Of a stretch of DNA of 64,000 nt, positions 1 through 14,088 are shown piece by piece. The translations under genes and the position numbers were made by a program. Origin of the DNA: Eledone cirrhosa (Eukaryota); contig OZ024742.1 of NCBI GenBank assembly GCA_964016885.1, positions 105,214,001 to 105,278,000 of the forward strand. The letters run 5' to 3'. Position 1 is the first letter of the stretch. The number at the start of each line of letters is the position of its first letter. The notes under the pieces were generated by a model. The model was given only the letters and a program-made list of their open reading frames with translations. It was not told the origin of the DNA and did no database searches.

Positions 1-904
1 TGAGATTTAACACCGAGAGCATACAGAAATTGGGGAGAGTGAATCGACGAGGAGCCCTCGATATATAGAAGCACCATGATGAATAATATTGCAGGTTATG
101 TCTCTTTTTTTTTTTTTTTAAGTAATGAGAGAAAAGTGAACAAGGGAGAAAACTCTTGAACGAGCGTATAACTAGGTAAGAGTTATCACAGGACTGCTTC
201 ATACGTATTTTAAAGAACTCTGAACAAAAGAAAGAAAATGGTGCTGCAGTAGTGAAGATACACAGAATAGTAATGAGTAATGCTCGGAATGGACAGGTAG
301 CTGTGGGTTGGGGGAGGGGGGATTTTAAAGGGAGTACAATAAGTATTCATTGATTGAAGAGAATACACAATATTGCCTGAAAATGAAAACATTAGCACCA
401 ACAACACAAAAATAACATTAAGAAATCACTTTAGGAATACATAAAAGTAGATGCCTAAAGTGAATGACTATCAAGAGCAAAAAAAAGAGTAAGATATTTT
501 TAAAATTACATTTTAAGACAAGATGAAAAATAAAAATGATCTTTTCTCTTCTCTTCATGCTTTGAAGTTCATAAATGGTGTTATAATTATCATATATAAA
601 ATTGTTCATTCAGTAATAAGGGTTTTCACAAAAGGTAGGAAGAAAAAGTTTCTGTCAGTAATATACTGAAATTATGCAAGTCCTAAGCCAGGAATAGTTT
701 GATTTAGTCCTATAATCATTATTAAATTTATCATCACCATCATCGTTGTTGCCATTGCTACACAAACAATTTTATCTGATATAAACTATTCCAACACTCC
801 TTGAACTGCATCAGTTACATCACAAAGTTTCTTTGGCATATTCTTAAAAAGAAAAAAGGAGTTGTATCAAAGTAACACTGAGGTTATATCAAACAGTAAC
901 AGTA

Positions 905-3900
905 ATGATTTCTAATTTAGGCACAAAGTCAACAATTTGTGGGAAGGGGGAAAATTGATTACATCGATCTCAGTACATGACTGGACCTTTATTTTATCAA
1001 CGGAAGAAAGGTAATGTTCACCTCAGCAGGATTTTATCTCAGAATGTAAAGAGCTATAAAGTAACAATAATAATGGTTTCTGATTTAGGCACAAGGCCAA
1101 CAATTGTTTTTGGTGAGGGGGGTGGGGGTGATTAAATCAACCCCAGTGTGTTACTGGTACTTTATTTTATCAACCCCTTAAGGATGAAAGGCAAAGCTAA
1201 CCTTGGCAGGATTTGAACTCAGAATGTAAAAAGACAATGTAACTATGCTGCAAAGCATGTAGTTTAATACTCTACCGATACTGCCAATGTACTGCCATTC
1301 AGTAACAATAATTGTTTCTACTTTTGGCACAAAGCCAGCAATTATCCCAGTGCATTACTGGTACTTTATTTTATCAACCCCGTAAGGATGAAAGGCAAAG
1401 TTAACCTCAGAGTGATTTGAACTCAGACCATAACTATGCTGTAAAGCATGGCGTCCGACCCTCTACTGATACTGCCAATTTGTTTTTTAACATAGGCAAA
1501 ATGCCAGAAATTTGAGAGGATTAGTTGAATACAGTACTTGACTGTTACTTTATTCTATCAACCCTAAAAAATAAAAATCTTGGTGTGATTAAAAATGGTT
1601 TATAATTTAGGCACAAGGTCAGTAATTATAGTGGGAGGGGAAATCAACTAAATTGACCCAATACTTGACTGGACATATTTTATCAACCTCTGGAGGATGA
1701 AAGGCAAAGTTGGGCTCAGCAGTATTTGAATGCAGAATGGAAAGAGCAAGAACTATTTCTGTATATATATATATATATATGCATATATTATTAGCACAGA
1801 TTAAAAGTTTAAGCAAACAATTTCTGCTTTCTCCCTTTTCCATGATCCTCTGAAACTAAGATATATATATATTTCAAAAAATTACAAGTAAATATTGCAT
1901 TTACATATAGAATGAAATAACGGCATCACATGATAATGTTTGATAGAATTACAGCTATGACTTCGCAGATAGACTAAAAACGGTGTAATCATGTACACTG
2001 GAAAGATCTAATGTGTGCAAAGTAAAAATCTAATAATGTATTCCACTTATTGAATAAGCAGAATACTTGAATAAATATTTCTTACTGTCATGTATAGGAA
2101 TTTATGTTAATTGACGTAATAAATTTAATACAATTACTACAACTAATAATTATTTCCACTTTAGGCACAAAGTACCAGTACATTATTGGTACTTTATTTT
2201 ATCGACCCTGTAAGGATGAAAGGCAAAGTTAACCTCGGATAATGATGGTAATAAGTAAGTCTGTTAAATAAATATATATTAGCTTAACTCATAGAAAAAC
2301 CTAACTTTGTAATGGATAAGATATAAGCCATTGAATTAATCAGTTTCGGTAATATTACAACTACTTATTTAATTACTGTTCATTAATTTTTCATACTGAT
2401 CTTGGTTCTACAATACAAAAATGTGTTTTAAAGTGTTGGTATTTATCTAAAAAGCTTCCATCATAATTTTATGGAAAGAACATTTGTTAAGCTATGTTAT
2501 AATGAGAAAGTTATATTATTAAATCCCTCCAAATTCTTGATTATTTTCAAAATTATTTGAAAACCATAGGCAGCAATGTCTTTTATTAGAAACATGGCAA
2601 CAAAAGGGTTAATCCTGGCAGAATTTGAATATCTGGTGCCTTAAAAATATGAAATCAAATTCATTATTGTCTGTGTCAAATAACAATAATAGTAATAACA
2701 AAGATGGTGATGATGATGATAAATATTAATAATTCTTTTTAGCATTAGCACAAGGCCAGCAATTTGGGGGAAAGGGAAAGTCAATTATATTGGTCCTAGT
2801 ACTTAACTGTTGATATATTTTACCTACCCTGGAAGGATGAAAAGCGAGATTTGAACTCAGAACATAGTCCTAACTAATACCACAAAGCATTTTGTCTGAT
2901 GCTCTACCGATACTGCCAATCCATCACTCTTATGATAAATATTGGTAATGATGATTTTTAACATAGGCACAAGTCCATTGATTAAGAACATGAGGGCACA
3001 TACACCACAGAAAGTGCATGTTTTCTAAATTTTACATTATAACACTTTAACACCAAATATGTTTTTTATATTGAAAGGAATATCATATTTTAAGGTGCCA
3101 TGGTGGGGCATGTGGCAAAAAGGTTGAGATTATACCAACTCCCCCAATTACTTTATTAGTATATATTTCATTAACTTTGGATGGACGAAAGATTGTGTCA
3201 AAATCAGTGGAAGGCTTGAGGTACGGTAAAGGACACCTTAACACCTGATGGGTGCTAACCTTACACATGTAGTGGCTTGGATGACAGAGCCCATTCTTCT
3301 CTAGCTGGTTGGTTTCTTTCAGAGAAAAAGAAATTTGACCCCTTTCCCTCTATATTGGACTGGTACTTTATCAACCTCGAAAGCATGAAAAGTAAGGTTG
3401 ACCTCTGGTGGGATCTGAACTCAGAGCTGAAATAAATACCAATGCAACTCTACCAATGCGCTGCCTTGGAGGAAAGGTATTTTACCTGCTGCTTTACCAA
3501 TTCTGCCAATCCACTTATTAGCATATATATTTAACAAAAAAAAATTTTTTTTACTGTTTATTAAGGCTGTTACTGTTTATTAGGCTGTGCCTATGAGCCA
3601 TTTCTGCAAGGGACTGTAACAGAGAGGAAGATATCCTCAAACCACAGACCTGATTTGAATGCTTGCAATAGATTAGACTCCACTAAAGACACCCAAGGGC
3701 CAGGAGATGGTGTTAAACCAGGCAATGGGTTAAGACTATGACCCATGTAGGCCACACTGGGATTTGAATTCATTACTAACAATTCTGCCAATTCACTGCC
3801 CTGGACTGGTCATTTATTTTATCAACTCTCAAAAGGATGAAAGGTAAAGTTAATAACAATAATAATGTACTAAACAGAAACAGCCTTAGCTTAAATACAA

Positions 3901-4930
3901 GACAGTCTACAAAAAAAAAAAATATTAGAACAAGTTTTATCAAAGCCAAAATGACCAGGAGATATGAAAGTAATATCAAATTATTATTACTACCAAATTC
4001 GTTTTCTCATTTTTCTATATCTTCGCATGGTTACCCCTCTTTTCTTCTTCTTTAAAATAATCATTATATATAATTCTTTAATAAATGGGCTGCTGTTGTG
4101 ACAACATTTCAGCCATCATAACCTTTTAAAGTTGAATTTGGAATATCTCAATACAATGTTTATAACATACAAGAATCAAATTAAATAACAATTATTAGAA
4201 AACATGATAAAAATCAAAGAACTTTTTTTTTCTCTCTGTGTACATAGAATTTCTGAGAATTTTCCAAATACAATAATAATTCATTCTAATTTAGGCACAA
4301 GGCCAGCAAATTTGAGTGAAGGGAAAAGTAGATTGATCAAATCAACCCCAGTAAATCAACTGGTACTTTATTTTATCAACCCGGGAAGGATGAGAATGCA
4401 AAGTTTACTATGACGGGATTTGAACTCAGAATGTAGAAAGCAGTAACTAAATACTGTAAAACATTTTGTCCGACGCTCTGATATTGCCAATCCACCAAAG
4501 ACTGGCAATTTGGGGGAAGGGGGAAGTTGATTATATTGACCCCAGTACTTAACAGGTACTTTGTTTTATTGACTCCTAAAAAATAAAGGGTAAAGTTGAC
4601 CCTGGCTGGATTTGGGCTCAGAATGTAGAGCGCTGGAAGAATCACCACAAAGCTCTTCAGTCAACATTCTAATAATTCTTCCAATCCACTTCACTGTAAT
4701 AATTCTTCCATAATAATGATTTCTAGTATAGGCACAAGGCCAGTAATTTTGGGGAAGGGGAAAGTCGATCAAATTGGCCCCAGTACGTTACTGGTGCTTT
4801 ATTTCATCGACCCCATAAGGATGAAAGGCAAAGTTAACCTCAGCGGGATTTAAACTCGGAACATAAAGGAGTGTAACTATATGCTGCAAAGCATGCTGTC
4901 CACCACTCTACCGGTATCGTAAATCCACTG
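905..4930 (-). mobile_element. Cluster of about 10 full or partial co-oriented tRNA-derived SINEs
   Basis: Repeated ggcacaaggccagcaat...ctggtactttattttatc...aaggatgaaaggcaaagtt...ggatttgaactcag. The reverse strand has an A box (TGGCAGTATCGG) and a B box (GAGTTCAAATCC). Confidence 0.9.
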
Positions 4931-6423
4931 CTCTATAATAATAATAATATTAATAATAATAACAATAATAATAATATATTGCATTATTCTGTTTGATTGG
5001 TAGGTATGTCCTCCACCAAAAAAGACAAAAGAAAAAAAAGAATGTTTAAAAGAAAAGACAAGTTATAACAACAGTGTGACATTAAAACATGATATAATAA
5101 AGCAACATCAGTAAACAATGCTGAAAAATGTTGACAAAAAAGTTTTAAAAAAACAAAAACACCACCACCATACAGTGTAGTTGTGATTATTTAGCCCCAT
5201 GTTAATTGAGTAGATTTATTTAGACCCACCTTAATTGAATAGATCTATGATAAAAGGCATTCCAGCCATGACAATTATGTTTTCTTCCTAGGCTGTGCTC
5301 TTGGGATCACATTATCTAATGTGTCCTTTTCTAAAACAGTAGGGTATGTAAAAGAATTGACAGCTATTTCTAGTAGGTTGAATGACCAAATAGAGGCTCC
5401 CTTTGTGGTGTGGTGGTTGCATGAAGACAATTCTCAAGGGTTGGTTTATCTTAACCTTATAGATACAAACCCACCTATAACTGCCTATAGTTCTATGAAA
5501 CAGAACCACTCATCTTAAGTTACAATTAGCATCTTAATAATGAAATAATTATTAATTCTAGTAAATCCGTCCAAATTCTTCATTTGTATTTCATTAGAAA
5601 TATGGCAAGAAAAGGCTTAAATAACAGGGGAATCTTTGCATTTTAGAAGTTTTAAGCCTTTTGATAGCAAACTGCTTGAAACTGCCCTTAGTTCTATGAT
5701 ACAAAAGTATTTGTTTTAAAACAATCTTTCATCATAATTTTTATGCAAAAAAAAACTTTGTTAAGGACAAGCTTAATAACCTTACTAAACCTCTGCAAAT
5801 TTTTGATTATTTTGAAACTTATAGGCAGGGTATTAGAAATATGGTACTAAAAGATTTTAAATGAAAAATATCAATAATACGGTTGAAGCATGATTACATT
5901 TGTCACCACCCAATTACTACCATAACTACCACTACCTCCACAATTGCTATTATAACTACCCTTACTACAACCAACACTGCTACAACTAGTCTGCCACTAC
6001 CAAGCTGCTACAATAAACAACAACACTCAACTAGGCTATTAACCAATCTTCCACTACTATCATTACAACTCTACCACCATCACCACTATTATAACTACTC
6101 TACTATTATAATGACACTATCACCACTGCCACCATATCCCTCATGTTTTCAGATGTATTAAAATAAACCTCCCTTCAACTATCCTGGATCCAGGTCATTT
6201 CTTAGTTGAAAAAACTCCAGATGAAACTATATTTAAATGGCTCAAACCCAGTACATATCAAAGACTGAACATAATAAGTATGGGCTTATAAATTATGCAC
6301 ATAAACATCCACCTCTGAATAATTTTTTCCAGTTTTTATAACTTATTAAAAAAAAATGTTTGTTTGTGTGTGCCTGTACACACACACACACATATATATA
6401 TATAGAGAGAGAGAGAAGGGGAG

Positions 6424-6474
<51 letters not shown>

Positions 6475-9400
6475 GAGAGAGAGAGAGAGAGATGGTGATC
6501 TACCAAATACCACTAATTAAGTTTTGGCCAACTCAAGGCAAAGGTAAAAGACACTTGCTTCCATGTGTAGTTCAGTGAGAATCAAAACCAGAACCATGCA
6601 GTTGTGAAACCAACTTAACCACACAGACATGCCTGAATTGTTTATTTTCCCTCAATGAAGATTATTGATAAATAGAGAAAGAGAACAAAAAATATTCAAG
6701 AAGAAAGAAAAATCACAGTGGTAACAACAAATGAAAAAATATCTATCTCTCCTCGTTTCTTTTTGGATTGAAAAATAAAAGGAAAATTTTTGGAAATGCA
6801 GTTACTACTAAAAGCAAATGCTAGGTATCACACAAAAAATGGTAGTTATGGTGATAATTAATGAAACCATAAATAGTAGGTGAAAATGTGTTTAGAATGG
6901 AACACCACACACATGAAAAAAGTGTAGATAAAGCATAGTTGGAATGTCAGTGTGAACATGTGTGACAGTAAATGTGCTTGACCTCTGTCAACTTTAAAGA
7001 GCACGAACAGGCTTGACCAAATTGAACTTAAGGAGTAAATGACAAACACAATCAATTTAAAGAGGCTCAGCATGTTTAACTCATTTAAAATTAAGTAGTT
7101 TAATTACATATTTGACCAAGCCATGTTTAAGAAGATTGATTAATAGTGAGTTGAATTTATGTGCTACATATGTATGGACCCATAATGCCTGGTGGAATTG
7201 TAATGGAGTCATTGTGTAATATGATGTGCCTTGGACAATTTAAACCTGGTGGAGCCCATCTACCCCCTCCAGGTGTGAACACAGCTGATTTCTTCCAGGG
7301 AAGGAGAGTGAGGAAGTGAGAAGAGAGAGAGAAAGAGAGAAGAAAAATCGGCACTTTTTTAGACAAAGTTGACAGGATTTTAACTTGATTTTAACAGGAT
7401 TTTGACAAGTTAAAATCCTGTCAACTTTGCCTTTCATCCTTCTGGGGTTGATAAAATAAAATACCAATCAAGTACTGGGGACGATTTCATTGACTTATTT
7501 CTCCCTTCAATTGCTGACCTCGTGCCTTATTTTAACAGTTTGTATGTATGTGTGATTGAGAGAAAGAGGGAATGGGATTGACCTTTTCTATGTGCTAAAC
7601 TTGCTTTAGTTTCTGTTATTTTTTACATAGTTTGATTGAGGACATGCTATTGAAGGCTCTACACCCAGTAGACCCAACTTTTTCATATAGTTTTCAAAGT
7701 GAGCAAAACACTATAATTTGTTCTCTACATTTAGTTGGGCATAGTTATTAACACCACCATAAAAAAAAAGACAAATGATACTATTATAATTTCGAAACTA
7801 GGCACAAAGCTTACAATTTGTGAGGAAGGTAAATCAATGACATTAACCCCAATATATGACTGGCACTTTATTTTAACCTCAGAAGGATGAAAGATAAAAT
7901 TGACCTCTGAGATTTGAACTCAGAGAGCAGAGTACTGGAACAAATGCTGTAAAGCAGTCTATCTAATGCTCTAATTATTCTATCAATCCGTCACCATTAA
8001 GCAATACTATTATAGTAATTTAAACAATACGTATCAAATTGAAGCCTGTAAGAAATAGTAACATTGAGAGAAAGTCTCTAGCCAGAGTGTATAAGATATA
8101 AAAAGACAATCTAACAAAGCTCAGTAACAAAGATATACATAGAAGCATGGAATTGTTGTGTCATGTATGAAACACCAAAGCAAAAAAAACAGCTTCATAT
8201 GTATTTGCCATTACAGTCAGCAATGAGAGGAGATAAAGTGTCTGCATATCTTAAGAATAAGCAAATACTGTTGGATCAATTACTGATCACACAGGACATC
8301 TAACACAGATTTACATTAAAAAAAAGGGATGTTAGACATGTAGTTATCAATGCATTTTTTGTTGTCTTGGTTACATACTAATGATGAAGTTGAAACAGAT
8401 CCTAAAAATAACCCTAATGTGGACACTACTTGGCAAGAACTAAGAAGAGCTAGGAATTGATACAGCTAAAATGTTTATCTTTAAATATATATATATATAT
8501 ATACTATGCAAAGAGAAACGTATTTTATATCAAATAATCTAGAAACTTCAATGATTTTTTTAACTGAATGTCATCATTCCATACATAGACTGGGAATTAT
8601 ATTGGAAAGGATAGTTGGGAGCATGCAATGTTCATTGTTCCAACAAGTGTTAATGACATCGACTAATTAGAATTGAAACTGTTGAGATATGAAAAAATGC
8701 AGCAAGGCAAAACAACCCTTGTATCTGGTATACTGTTCTACAGTTTGTGCAAAAAAAGCAAGAAGCTTCAAGACACAGAGAATTGAAAAACTTGATAAAA
8801 GACAAAAAGCATGATTCCTGAGCCTGTAGCCTAGTGCCATTGTGTTCTCAACATGATCTATCACTGAGCAGCAGGATCTTGGTTTATGCAGATTCTAAAC
8901 AAATATCACTATATGCAATACTGAAGGTAAAGAGAACACACATGCATGCACACACACACACACACACATATACATATATATTTAAAACCTTCCTGACCTC
9001 TCAGATAAGGGGAGGGACATGCCCTTACATATATTCCAGTACTCTACTGAGTAAACAGAGTGCATTTTGTCATGTTGCTAACACTAGGGAGGTCATCATG
9101 CCTTTAACACAAATGAAGAGTCCCCTATATATATATGTATCAAACCCTTAGCCATTTCAATAGCAACATACCCAAGACCAACTGTATTAAAGTGTTCATA
9201 TTTAAACTAAAATCTCAACTGAAATCATACTATTACATGAAGTATAATGTTTTGCACATAAACATATATGTTTTTGTCCAGTATGGAAAACACTAGCTGA
9301 ATATACCAATACCTGACTTAATATAACAAGAAAAACATTTAACTCTCTCCTAACCATATTTCTAATTCTAGAATACAACAGAATTATCTTTCAATTAATT

Positions 9401-9511
9401 TTCAAAATAATCCAGAATTTTGGTAGTAAAATAGTAGTAAAATAACTGTATTTATTGTGTTGTTAAAATTATTACCCTGTCATTTTAAGCACATGTCTAA
9501 CACTACATTAC

Positions 9512-10138
9512 CTGAAGCAGGTGGAGAAGTTCAAGTATCTTGGTGCCTTGTTCACGAGTGTTGGAAGGCAGGAGGCTGAATTAAGTGCAAGAACTGCAGG
9601 AGCTGATGCAGTGATGCACCAGCTTCAGCATTTGGCAATCAGAAAGGAGATGGGTGTAAAAGCCAAACCTATTATCTTGAATTTAGTATCCGTGCCAGCC
9701 CTTATCTATGGTCATGAATCTTGAGTAACGACCAAAAGAATACAACCATGAATGCAAGCGACTGAAATGGGGTTCTGTCGAAGGGTCCTTGGAGTTACTC
9801 GATAGAGTGCATAATTCAGAGATCAGAGCGTTGCTCCAGGTAGAGCTGCTACTTCTCCAAATTGAAAGATCACAGCTCTGATATTACAGGCATGTGGTTA
9901 GAATGTCACAGGAAAGAATTGCTGGACAGATTTTACAGGCAAAATCAATTGGCAGGAGATCCAGGTGTAGATCCCGAGCAAAATGGTTGGATAACATTCA
10001 TGAAGTCAGCTGGTCTTATTGGGGATCCAGCCGGATCAATTAGAGGGGATTGCTTCTGACAGGATCCGCTGAAAGGAGTGTTTGAAGACTCTACTGCCAC
10101 AACCATCCCAGGAATAAGTAGAAGGTGATGATGATGGT
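9512..10138 (+). mobile_element. 3' fragment of a decayed RTE-type LINE
   Basis: VEKFKYLG...LIYGHES* post-RT motifs, frameshifts and a (GAT)n tail. Confidence 0.8.
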
Positions 10139-10899
10139 AGAATGTAATTTCAGGAACATTTGACTGCTATTTCTAGCAGATTAAAGATTCGTGAGCAGGC
10201 TTCCTTTTATATCTATAAGAATAGTTTTTATACAAAAATGTTAAATGTTTTATAAGAATAGTTTTATTTAAAAATGTTATGGAACTTTTACCAACTGGAA
10301 ATATTGTGTTGGTATTCATGTAATAGTGAAATTTAGCTCAAGGCCAAAATTTTAATATAAATACTTTAATAAAGATGGTTGGTAAATAAAAAAAGGGTTA
10401 GGGACAGTTGTGTGGTAATTGATATTGAATGGTTTGGTACACTAAACACTAGATTGAAATACCAAATTCTATTTTGATATACCAATATGATATATGAGGT
10501 AAGGCCCAGTTTTGCAATTATTTGATATACCACATACACAAGTGCAGGGAGTTAAAGACATTCTAATAAAGATTAAAAAAAGAACAAATAAATCTAAAAA
10601 TAATCAGGGAAAAAGTATTATGACAAGAGGACAAATGAAAAATATAAAATAGTATGGCTTTTTCTCCATAGAGTGCTGTGCTTGATGGGGATGTTTGATA
10701 TAATCCAGATATGGATCAAGCTTTCATACTCCTATTGTCATAAATAAATATGCATCAAGTGTGTATATTTATGCATGTATTAATATATATGTATATGAAC
10801 AGATACATGTACATGTATATATTAAAATGTGTGTGTGTGTGTGTGTGTGTGGTGCTTATCATTTCTGTCAACAAAACAAGACATAATTCAGTATGACTT

Positions 10900-11000
10900 T
10901 TAAGATGGCAAATCAATATTTTCGTCACGGTCGAGCATTTCCACAATTAAGGGTGAATTCAGCTTATGCACACTCTGGTTGTTTATGATGTGGAGGGCGC
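10900..11000 (-). CDS. RAR: RAR last coding exon (H11-H12/AF-2): (S)ALHIINNQSVHKLNSPLIVEMLDRDENIDLPS*
   Basis: Acceptor tttgttgcag| at 11001-11002. Phase 1 matches the previous exon. PLIVEML corresponds to the RAR AF-2 core PLIQEML. TAA at 10900-10902. Confidence 0.9.
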
Positions 11001-11029
11001 CTGCAACAAAGATAAGAGTAAATCATCAG

Positions 11030-11960
11030 ACATAAGACAAGTGTGTGTTGAATAGTGAACAGTACTGTAGATAGAGCCATTAAAGTTAAGAGAAAGGCAT
11101 GAAATGACTGGAGAAATGGGGATAGCAATACTAAGTAGCTAAAAGAGAAGCTAGACAGTAGTTTTACTTAGTACATGTGCAGTGATGTCATGTGCAGTGA
11201 TGTAACAACAACATGAGGTATTCTTCATTATGAAGCAATGTGTCAGTGTGAATTGAGATGTCATTAGGGAGAATTGTGTTCGGAATGACACAGGCACACA
11301 GCCTCATTGGTACTCAAAAGAAAGAGGCCTAGAAATGCTACTATGAAAGGTTGATGAATATGAAAAATGAGTGGGAAGAAAAGGGACTGCCTCCAGTAAA
11401 TTAAACATGGAGGTTGGCTATTGAAATAAACAGCTATACAGTTAAAGAAGCAACCAGGAAGATGAAAAATGGTAAAGCTGTTGGACCATCAGAGATAGCA
11501 ACTGAGGTGCTGAAATCATCTAGGGAAGCAGTCGAGCTAATTACCTACATAACCAATCAGATAATACTTATCCAATGACTAGTATAGCAGTATAATCATC
11601 AATTGTTATAAGGGAAACAACGATACTCTAGAAAAGAGCAACTACAGAGGCATAAAACTGACCAAGTTATGAAAGTGGCAGAAAGTCTATTAACACAGTC
11701 AATTAGGGAAATAATAAAATTAAATGAGATACAGGTTTCTAGCTAAGTGTAAACCACTATATCTAGCTTTTGTTAATCTGGAACAGGCAATGTCAGTGTG
11801 TATAGTAAGAGCAGGAGTGAAATGAAACTCCTTCAATCCCAGGAAGGTACCATAGAAGTAGTTGACAAGGTCTGTTAATTAGGTTACTAAATTAGCAATG
11901 AAACGGGGGGTTGCTCTGAAAGCATAGTAACTAGAATAAAAACACGCTGCAAAACGTTCA
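11030..11960 (+). mobile_element. Decayed RTE-like LINE ORF2 pieces filling the last RAR intron (antisense to RAR)
   Basis: MKNGKAVGPSEIATEVLK, NYRGIKL and YLAFVNLE-like RT motifs, interrupted by stops and deletions. Confidence 0.7.
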
Positions 11961-12112
11961 AGGAGCTACTACTTCTATTGAGAGAAATGTTCCAATGTGA
12001 ATCATACTTGAGCTTTTATAATTAAATGTTATGCCTATAGAAGAAGTTGAAAAGCTATAAAAATGGTGAAATACATATAAAAAGCTATATATATAGAAAG
12101 AGATTAACTTAC

Positions 12113-12271
12113 TCTGCAAACTCAATGATCGAAGTGAAGGTAATTTCAAAAGGGTTTTTGGAAAGACATTAGGATCATGTTCATGATTTATACGTGAATA
12201 TTTCCTCAACAAATCAAGCAATGGACCTTGCAACTCCTCCACACGCTCTGGTTCACTCAGCTCACAGCCAT
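12113..12271 (-). CDS. RAR: RAR LBD exon (H9-H10): (D)GCELSEPERVEELQGPLLDLLRKYSRINHEHDPNVFPKTLLKLPSLRSLSLQ
   Basis: ttttag| acceptor and |gtaagt donor, 159 nt, phase 1-1. Aligns to human RARa [22 protein letters not shown]...FPKMLMKITDLRSIS. Confidence 0.93.
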
Positions 12272-12360
12272 CTAAAACAATTAAAAAAATTATAAGAAAT
12301 ATAGTAGTAGAATAGCAGAAGTTATGATTAGTATTGAATTCATGTTACATGACATAATGG

Positions 12361-12551
12361 TAATAATTGTTTCTACTTTAGGCACAAGGCCAGCAATTAC
12401 CCAGTGCCTTACTGGTACTTTATTTTATCGACCTCGTAAGGATGAAAAGCAAAGTCAACCTCGGCAGGATTTGAACTCAGATCGTAAAGAGACGTAACTA
12501 TGCTGGAAAGCATGGCGTCCGACCTTCTACCGATACTGCCAATCCACCGCC
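12361..12551 (-). mobile_element. Young full-length SINE (short subfamily)
   Basis: Near-identical to the copies at 20455-20644, 39045-39237, 41400-41580 and 63617-63803. Confidence 0.9.
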
Positions 12552-13262
12552 ATATGGAAATAATGACTTTAAATTGCTCCAAATTTATAGCGGAAAGATA
12601 CAATCACTTCAATCAAACTCCCCTCTCCCTTCATATATCACTGGTACTTATTTTATTGAACCAGCAAAAAAAAAAGGTAAAGATAAATCTTGGCATGATT
12701 CACTTATTAACATCAACTATTAATTCATTATAGTTTCATTGCCATATTTCTAATGAAAGACAATTTTCAAATAGTTTTGAGAATATTCAAGAATTTGAAG
12801 GGATTTAATAATATAATTATCTTTAACATTATTAAGTTGGTGTTTGAAACATAATTTCAAAGATTCTTACATAAACTGGAATGGCTATATCAATGGGCCT
12901 CCCTTGCTATCCTCTAGGGTAATACTTTCTCCATTCTATCCACAAATACCAAAAAGTAGCTTGCACCTAGGTTCTACATGTAAGAGAGAGCTCTCCTACA
13001 CTCTTTGGCCATGTATCATTGGGTTAGCTATGGTACTGGTTACTCATATCTACACACTCAGGCATAGATTCTATTATATAAAACTGTATATTTTAAAGTG
13101 TTATTTACACAAGATGACAAAAATGGTTATTATTTTTGTCAAGAAAAGCTACCTATATATGATTTCACAACAGCCTTACATGAATACTCCTGCACCTATC
13201 TATTTGTAACATGATTAATGCTTTACAAAGCATACAGAACCAAGTAATCAAGGAGAGATAGA

Positions 13263-13294
<32 letters not shown>

Positions 13295-13338
13295 TGGAGA
13301 GAGAGAGAGAAAGAGAATTTAAAAAAAATATCTCTTAC

Positions 13339-13543
13339 CACCACAGACCAGGACCAAATATGTCAATGTGGCCAACTCCCTGTCATCTAGACCTAAATCT
13401 TTGAAATCTGCAGCAAATTTGAAAATGGTATCGCTGATTATACCAAACCCCATTGCATTGAAATTTTCCCTGCTCAGACAATCATCACCTTCGAAAGCTA
13501 TCACATCTCGATCAGCATCATATCGGTGTGACATACGTAAATA
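13339..13543 (-). CDS. RAR: RAR LBD exon (H5-H8): YLRMSHRYDADRDVIAFEGDDCLSRENFNAMGFGIISDTIFKFAADFKDLGLDDRELATLTYLVLVCG
   Basis: tttcag| acceptor and |gtaag donor, 205 nt, phase 0-1. Aligns to ILRICTRY...GFGPLTDLVFAFA...ICLICG. Confidence 0.93.
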
Positions 13544-14088
13544 CTGAAAAATAAAAATAACGGCTCCACTGAATTCAAAGAAAACCAATGTCAATTTTCC
13601 ATAAAAATCACATTAACACAAAATAACTGCTACTTTAATGTTTATGCATCTCCCATTCTGTTACCAATTTGTTAATAGATAAAAACAAAAGGAAATTTTC
13701 TTTGATAAGTGATCAGCATTTGAATGTATTTTGACAACTGACTATTATAGCTACTAATGACAAAAATATTGTAGCTATATATACCTCTACATTGGTATAT
13801 AACCACAAACAGTGGTCCCGAGAATGGCCACAGACAATGGCCTGGAACAGGTAAAGGAATGTGAAAGTATGTGTGGACATATTTTTGTATATTTGTGGCC
13901 AGTATTTAAATACATTTTGCACTATGCAGTCATGGCTGTGTGGATTAGAAATTTGATTCTAAAGCATGTAGTTCTAGGTTTGGATTTGAATGTTGAACAT
14001 AAGAAACAGCAAACAAATACCACATGGCATGTTGTCCAACACTTTAATGATTATTCCAAATAACAACAACAATAAAAATAACAATTAC

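Noticed and set aside
1-200. CpG-containing start with accATGATGAATAATATTGCAG|gttatg and a later AG|gtaaga on the plus strand
   Set aside because: It could be an exon of a neighbouring gene, but I found no downstream plus-strand exons or homology.
905-4930. Regularly recurring motifs resembling a CRISPR array
   Set aside because: The context is eukaryotic; the units are long, diverged SINEs without a repeat-spacer structure.
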